From Candidatus Geothermocultor quzhuomuensis (GTDB lineage: Bacteria; Actinomycetota; Aquicultoria; Geothermocultorales; Geothermocultoraceae): 64,000 nucleotides of DNA. A program made the position numbers and the translations under genes. The stretch's first letter is position 1, and every line of letters starts with the position of its first letter. The notes beneath the pieces were generated by a model that saw only the letters and a program-made list of their open reading frames with translations, had not been told where the DNA came from and made no database searches. Shown one piece after another: positions 58,720 through 64,000 of this stretch. The DNA lies in the NCBI GenBank assembly GCA_015711795.1, contig JACVJC010000003.1:44355-108354 (forward strand). The letters are read 5' to 3'.

Positions 58720-60120
58720 CTATTTTGAGAGATATTCATCGATGGCTCGAGCGGCAGTTCTTCCCGCCCCCATCGCTGAGATTACTGTAGCTGAACCAGT
58801 AACAATGTCTCCGCCAGCAAAAACTCCTTTTTTGCTTGTTCTCCCAATTTCATTGATTTTTATATAGCCTTTCTCATTTAATCTCAAGCCAGGAGTGGTC
58901 GAAGGGAGAAGTGGATTAGCTCGTGTCCCGATAGCAACAACGACAACATCGACATCGAGAATAAATTCTGAACCAGATACTGGAACGGGGCGGCGTCTGC
59001 CCGTTTCATCAGGTTCACCAAGAATCATTTTAATACATTCAATCGCACCTACCCAACCATTTCCTCGCGAAAGAATTCGCTTGGGTAAAGTAAGAAAAAT
59101 AAACTCAACTCCCTCTTCTTTAGCATGTTCAAACTCCTCATGCCGGCAAGGCATCTCCTTTTCAGATCTTCGGTAGACAAGATAAACTTTCTTAGCCCCG
59201 AGGCGGAGAGCTGTTCGAGCTGAGTCAAGAGCAACATTGCCCCCTCCTACCACTGCTACTTTTTCTCCCCTCTTAATAGGTGTATCATATTCAGGGAAAA
59301 GATAGGCTTTCATTAAATTAACACGAGTTAAGAATTCATTTGCAGAGTAAACTCCATTTAAATTTTCTCCTTCAATTCCCATAAAAAGGGGTAATCCCGC
59401 TCCAATACCAATGAAAACAGCTTGATATTCTTGATTAAGAAGTTCGTCAATGGTAACTGTCTTTCCAACTACCACATCAGTTTGAATTTTAACCCCCATC
59501 TTTTGAAGAAATTCTATCTCTGCCTGAACAACTTTTTTGGGTAATCTAAATTCAGGGATACCATAAACTAAAACGCCACCTGGCTTGTGTAAAGCTTCAA
59601 AAATAGTTATATCGTAACCCAATTTGACTAAATCACCAGCCACTGTTAGACCAGATGGTCCCGAACCAATAACCGCTACTTTTTTCCCATTGGGTTTTGG
59701 CACTTCAAACCCTTCAACCAGACCTTTTTCTCTCTCAAAATCAGCCACAAACCTTTCTAATCTCCCAATAGCAATTGGTTCATATTTTTTCCCCAAAGTA
59801 CAATACTTTTCACACTGGTCTTCTTGAGGACAAACGCGTCCACAAATAGCTGGGAGAATATTTTTCTCTTTGATTTTCTTTACCGCTTTTAAGAAATCTC
59901 CTTCTTTTACAAACTGGATAAAGGCTGGTATGTCTACCTCAACTGGACAGCCCCCTACACAAGGAGCTTTCTTACAAGAAAGGCATCTTTCTGCTTCCGC
60001 AATAGCGTTTTTCACACTATAACCTAAAGCCACTTCGTTAAAATTCTCTATTCTTACCAGAGGTTCTTGCTCCGGCATAGGAGTTTTTTTAGGATTAATT
60101 TCTTTCTTTTTCTCTGCCAT
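58720..60120 (-). CDS. nfnB: NADPH-dependent glutamate-synthase-small-subunit-like oxidoreductase (NfnB/SudA/GltD family)
   Basis: N-terminal Fe-S Cys clusters (CLSCKKAPCVGGCP, CGRVCPQEDQCEKYC). FAD and NAD(P) Rossmann motifs (VAVIGSGPSGL, VAVVGGGNVALD). Confidence 0.8.
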   Translation of the reverse strand: MAEKKKEINPKKTPMPEQEPLVRIENFNEVALGYSVKNAIAEAERCLSCKKAPCVGGCPVEVDIPAFIQFVKEGDFLKAVKKIKEKNILPAICGRVCPQEDQCEKYCTLGKKYEPIAIGRLERFVADFEREKGLVEGFEVPKPNGKKVAVIGSGPSGLTVAGDLVKLGYDITIFEALHKPGGVLVYGIPEFRLPKKVVQAEIEFLQKMGVKIQTDVVVGKTVTIDELLNQEYQAVFIGIGAGLPLFMGIEGENLNGVYSANEFLTRVNLMKAYLFPEYDTPIKRGEKVAVVGGGNVALDSARTALRLGAKKVYLVYRRSEKEMPCRHEEFEHAKEEGVEFIFLTLPKRILSRGNGWVGAIECIKMILGEPDETGRRRPVPVSGSEFILDVDVVVVAIGTRANPLLPSTTPGLRLNEKGYIKINEIGRTSKKGVFAGGDIVTGSATVISAMGAGRTAARAIDEYLSK

Positions 60121-60179
60121 CTAACTTTTCTAAAGTTACTCCTTTCCCACTAATGAAAATTTTAAAATGCTTTATAAAA

Positions 60180-61007
60180 TTAGCTTGCTTTTTCACTTAA
60201 GGATTCTAAAGCTATTTTTTCCTCTTCAAGGTACACCTTTTGCCGAGATAAAAGGAGGTTCCAATCAACAAGGTGTCCATCAAAGTCAGGACCATCAACA
60301 CAACAAAATTTTGTCTTTTCTCCAACCTCAACTCGGCAAGCACCACACATTCCAGTTCCATCAACCATAATTGGGTTCAAACTAACGATTGTTTTTATCT
60401 TTTCTGGCTTTGTCACTTCTGAGACAAACTTCATCATAATAGCTGGACCAATAGCAATAACTAAATCGACCTTATTTTCTTTGATTAGTTCCTTTAAAGC
60501 ATCAGTTACTAATCCATGGCGACCTTTAGAACCATCGTCTGTTGTAATATGAAGCTCATGAGAGACAGCAAGTAAATTACCTTCTAATATTAGTAGTTCT
60601 TTGCTTCTTGCCCCCAAAATAGTGATGACATAGTTTTTAGCTCTTTTTAGTTCTCGAGCTATAGGGAAAATCGGGGCTGCTCCAATTCCTCCAGCTACAC
60701 AAATAACCTTTCCATATTTTTTAATCTCTGTTGGCTTTCCTAAAGGTCCCACTAAATCAACAATTTTATCTCCAACTTTTAATGAGGCTAGTTTCTTGGT
60801 CGTTTTCCCCACCGCTTGGAAAACTAAGGTGATGCTTTTATTTTGGCTTTTAAAGTCGACAATAGTCAAAGGGATTCTTTCACCAACCTCATCAACTCGA
60901 ATAATGACAAATTGACCAGGCAAAGCTTTCTTTGCCACTTCTTCAGCTTTAACTTCAATTAAGTAAATCTCAGGAGCCAACTCTTCTTTTTTTAAAATTT
61001 CAAACAT
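60180..61007 (-). CDS. nfnA: ferredoxin-NADP reductase-like subunit with [2Fe-2S] (NfnA/SudB/PyrK-like)
   Basis: FAD-binding barrel N-terminus (RIPLTIVD), NAD loop (VAGGIGAAPI), C-terminal CGACRVE...CCVDGP cluster motif. Confidence 0.75.
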   Translation of the reverse strand: MFEILKKEELAPEIYLIEVKAEEVAKKALPGQFVIIRVDEVGERIPLTIVDFKSQNKSITLVFQAVGKTTKKLASLKVGDKIVDLVGPLGKPTEIKKYGKVICVAGGIGAAPIFPIARELKRAKNYVITILGARSKELLILEGNLLAVSHELHITTDDGSKGRHGLVTDALKELIKENKVDLVIAIGPAIMMKFVSEVTKPEKIKTIVSLNPIMVDGTGMCGACRVEVGEKTKFCCVDGPDFDGHLVDWNLLLSRQKVYLEEEKIALESLSEKAS

Positions 61008-61196
61008 CCCTTGCCACCCTCGTTTATAAAAATAGTGAAAGCTAATCGTTGACTAAATTAAACAACATGATATTATTATCGCTAATCAGAGTTATGTCTA
61101 AACTAGTATAATTTAACAAAAAGATTAGAGGCAAGAAAAAATTACAAATAGTTTTACTCAAAAAGGAAAATAAAAAAGTTTGAGCAAGGAGGGGCA

Positions 61197-63212
61197 TTGA
61201 GTTATAATCAGGAAAAGCTCCAGAATCAATTTGTTATTCTCCGGTGGATTGTTCTTTTTGCTTTAACCTTTTATTTTCTTCAATCTTTTCCAGAAGCAAG
61301 ATTTTATACACTTCTTTTATTTTCTTTAGGTTTACTTTACCTCCTTGCATACCATCTTCTCCGTCCTTATTCCCGATTTAGTTCAAGAAAAATTGATGGG
61401 CTAATTTTATTAATCGATACCTTTTTTGTTGTTATGATAAGTCCTTTCTTTGGCGGTTTGGCAGGAAACGCTTACCTTCTTTACCTCGCAGTTATTTTAG
61501 AATCAGTTTATGAGTTTAGTCTTCTCGGTGCTTTTTTTGTGATAGGAGGAATACTTCTTTTAAATGCTTCTATCTATACCCTCACTCATAGTCCTTTCTG
61601 GTCTCCTTCAAGCTTTCTTAAAGAGCCGTTGCGAATATTAGCTACTATCCTGATAGTCCTTGCGGGAAGCATATTTTGTCAAGTTCAAAAAGAAGAAATC
61701 CTTAAACAAAAAGAAACCTTAAAAAACCTCCAAGAAAGGATAAAACAACTCTCTGTTTTGGGGAAAATAGTTGGGACAGAAAGGTTTTTATTTGACTTTT
61801 ATGCTCTTTTAAATTTTATTCTTTCACCAGTGAAAGAGGCTCTTCGAGCTGAAACTTTGATTATTAGCCTAAGGGAAGGTGATACTTTAGTTCACCAAGT
61901 AGTTATCGGAAAGGGAAAGGAAACTTTGGAAAGAAAAAGAATGAAAATAAACCACAACTTGCCAAGCTTGACTATTAAGAAAGAAAAAACTCTCCGAGTA
62001 GAACCGAAAAACCTGACCCAGTTTTCAAGAGAGTTAAAATGCTTCAGCTTTTTGAATCCTAATACAGTTATTTCAGCTCCGATAAAAAGTGAAGAGGGAA
62101 TTATTGGGGTAGTTACTGCCATCAATAAGGAAGAGAGAAAAATTTTTTCACCTGACGACGCAGAATTTTTAGGAATTGCAACTCACCACTTTCGAGCAAT
62201 GATTAAAGAATCCATCTTGCGTCAAGAACTCCACCAAAAAATTAACGAACTTACAGCCATGTCCCAAATCGCTCAAGTGACCACTTCTACACTTAAACTG
62301 GTTGACTTACTTAATCAAGTGCTTCAAGTTCTCATCAAGTTATTTGATGCCTCTTCAGGTTCAATCATGCTAGTCGAGAAGGGCCTTTTGAAAATTAGAG
62401 CAGCTCATGGCCTTCATCCATCAATAGTTAAAAGGGCCCGAAGAAAGCTTGGAGAAGGCATTAGTGGTTATGTAGCTCAAGAGAGAAAAAGCCTCCTCTT
62501 AACCAATCCCCTTGAAGAATCAAAGCTTAAAGGAGTTAAAGAGTCAATTCGTGATTCAGTAATTGCTCCTTTAGAAGCAAGAGAAAATGTTGTAGGTGTT
62601 GTATGTTTAAACAATGAAAACGGAAAAAACCGTTTTACCTCAGAGCACCTTAGACTTTTAGAAGCTCTCTCGAACCAAATCGCTATTGCGGTAGAAAATG
62701 CTCGAATTTACGAATTAACTCAACGAAAATCCGTTACCGATCAGCTTACTGAACTATATAACCACGCTTACTTCTGGGAAAGACTGAATGAAGAGATTGA
62801 GAGAGCAAAAAGGCACTCTCATCATCTTTCTTTAATTATGATAGACATTGATGATTTTAAAAAATATAATGATTTATTTGGTCATCTCAAAGGGGATGAT
62901 TCTTTAAGAACTCTAAGCCAAATATTAAAAACTCAAATTCGCAAATCTGATATTGCTGCTCGATATGGTGGAGAAGAGTTCGCCATTATCCTCCCTGAAA
63001 CTAGCATGAAAAAAGCTTTTGTTTTAGCTGAAAGGGTCAGAAAAGCGGTGGAGGAAAACAAAGATAAATTTCTTTCACCATTAACTATTAGTTTAGGAGT
63101 AGCTACCTTTCCCACCTCAGCACAAGATGCTAAATCTCTTCTTCAACAATCCGATTTTGCCCTTTATGATGCCAAGAAGTCCGGGAAAAATAAGGTTTGT
63201 TCCAAAAAGTAA
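61197..63212 (+). CDS. membrane-anchored GAF-domain diguanylate cyclase (GGDEF)
   Basis: About 5 N-terminal TM helices, two GAF-like regions, RYGGEEFAIILP GGDEF active site. Confidence 0.8.
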   Translation: MSYNQEKLQNQFVILRWIVLFALTFYFLQSFPEARFYTLLLFSLGLLYLLAYHLLRPYSRFSSRKIDGLILLIDTFFVVMISPFFGGLAGNAYLLYLAVILESVYEFSLLGAFFVIGGILLLNASIYTLTHSPFWSPSSFLKEPLRILATILIVLAGSIFCQVQKEEILKQKETLKNLQERIKQLSVLGKIVGTERFLFDFYALLNFILSPVKEALRAETLIISLREGDTLVHQVVIGKGKETLERKRMKINHNLPSLTIKKEKTLRVEPKNLTQFSRELKCFSFLNPNTVISAPIKSEEGIIGVVTAINKEERKIFSPDDAEFLGIATHHFRAMIKESILRQELHQKINELTAMSQIAQVTTSTLKLVDLLNQVLQVLIKLFDASSGSIMLVEKGLLKIRAAHGLHPSIVKRARRKLGEGISGYVAQERKSLLLTNPLEESKLKGVKESIRDSVIAPLEARENVVGVVCLNNENGKNRFTSEHLRLLEALSNQIAIAVENARIYELTQRKSVTDQLTELYNHAYFWERLNEEIERAKRHSHHLSLIMIDIDDFKKYNDLFGHLKGDDSLRTLSQILKTQIRKSDIAARYGGEEFAIILPETSMKKAFVLAERVRKAVEENKDKFLSPLTISLGVATFPTSAQDAKSLLQQSDFALYDAKKSGKNKVCSKK

Positions 63213-63240
63213 GCAGACAATCTAGCAAGGCTATAAGCGA

Positions 63241-63627
63241 TTAAAAGTCTCGCTCTTTATCTCTCAATTTCAGAAGAGACTTTACTTTCTTTGCTAATTC
63301 AATTGGGTGAAATGGTTTAGTGATGTAATCACTTACCCCCAATTCTTTCCCCTGCTTAATATCGGCTTCTTGAGCTTTAGCCGTAAGGATAATGACCGGA
63401 ATGGATGTAGTTAAAGGATTATAGCGAAGGGAATTATAAATTTGCCAGCCATCAATATCAGGCATCATAATGTCAAGAATAATTAGGTCAGGTTGTTCAA
63501 CCAAAGCTTTTTGAAAGGCTTCTTTTGCTTTTAGAACTTTAATAACTTTAAAGCCTTCCAACTCAAGGCTTATTTGAATTAGTTGAGCTACATCAGGGTC
63601 ATCATCAACAACTAAAACTTTTTCCAT
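63241..63627 (-). CDS. single-domain response regulator (CheY-like receiver)
   Basis: MEKVLVVDDDPD...ILDIMMPDIDGW...TAKA are receiver motifs. Confidence 0.8.
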   Translation of the reverse strand: MEKVLVVDDDPDVAQLIQISLELEGFKVIKVLKAKEAFQKALVEQPDLIILDIMMPDIDGWQIYNSLRYNPLTTSIPVIILTAKAQEADIKQGKELGVSDYITKPFHPIELAKKVKSLLKLRDKERDF

Positions 63628-63636
63628 TTCTAACCT

Positions 63637-64000
63637 CTATAAAAACTTATGATTAGTGTTTTCGTGTTTTCGCAATGAAATCGGAAGGATAAAAGTAAAT
63701 TTACTTCCCTTTCCAACTTCACTTTCGCACCAAATTTTTCCTCCATGCAACTCGATGAGGCTTTTAGCGATAAAAAGCCCTATACCTACCCCCCCTGTTT
63801 TCCTGGTAAGAGCTGTATCAACCCGATGAAATTTCTCAAACAAGTAAGGTAGGTGTTTTTCAGGAATACCAATACCTTCATCCTTAACGCTAATTTCCAC
63901 TTGGCCATTTACTTCCTTTCCCAAGATTTCAATGACCCCACCATCAGGGGAATATTTTATAGCATTGTCAATAAGGTTAGTTAAGACTTGCTCAATTCGG
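63637..64000 (-). CDS. sensor histidine kinase, C-terminal HATPase_c part; N-terminus lies beyond the window
   Basis: Manual extension of the track ORF upstream (it starts at a TTG) reads ...[21 protein letters not shown] (N-box), continuous with DEGIGIPEK (G1) and GGVGIGL (G2). Confidence 0.75.
   Translation of the reverse strand, partial: RIEQVLTNLIDNAIKYSPDGGVIEILGKEVNGQVEISVKDEGIGIPEKHLPYLFEKFHRVDTALTRKTGGVGIGLFIAKSLIELHGGKIWCESEVGKGSKFTFILPISLRKHENTNHKFL

Overview
This is an AT-rich bacterial chromosomal segment; by eye it is roughly one-third G+C. Genes are densely packed and mostly on the minus strand. Several features (multihaem c-type cytochromes, NfnAB-like electron-bifurcating subunits, a CoA-enzyme activase and DUF362-ferredoxin) suggest an anaerobe, possibly uncultivated. 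The phylum cannot be assigned from the sequence alone.

The core of the window, about 17.9-28.8 kb, is a long housekeeping block whose order matches the Bacillus tatD-yabE-ksgA-veg-ispE-(purR slot)-yabJ-spoVG-glmU-prs-ctc-pth-mfd region. The purR position is occupied by a nucleotidyltransferase gene, and a tRNA-Gln is inserted upstream of glmU. Further left are enolase, mazG, a SurA/PrsA-like PPIase, ppx/gppA, an S1-domain protein, FtsB/DivIC, and two more tRNAs (Arg-CCG, Leu-TAA).

Accessory and unusual content:
- A tandemly duplicated module of zinc-ribbon, DUF4870 (YteJ-like) and lipoprotein genes at 4.5-7.9 kb, with a third DUF4870 paralogue at 54 kb.
- Two NapC/NrfH-like multihaem membrane cytochromes and a compact octahaem cytochrome c flanking a class II (B12-dependent) ribonucleotide reductase (RNR). 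A frameshifted IS481-like transposase remnant lies next to them.
- A HEAT-repeat protein and HD-GYP phosphodiesterase operon.
- An iscR-iscS-iscU-tusA operon in which IscU carries a C-terminal multi-Cys zinc-ribbon tail. It is followed by CooT-like, DUF3842, trxA/trxB and CsoR genes.
- lon.
- An ABC transporter with a fused double permease and a stand-alone AAA-associated-domain protein.
- An ApbE flavin transferase.
- A split three-gene activase system (BadF/BcrA-type activase plus two DUF2229-like partners) next to nfnAB.
- A GAF-GGDEF cyclase and a two-component pair at the right edge.

The most striking non-coding feature is a 670-bp convergent intergenic region (50178-50848). It contains locally GC-rich, highly structured sequence, including a perfect 32-bp palindrome and a related half-degenerate copy 80 bp away.

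No CRISPR array, rRNA or obvious prophage was seen.
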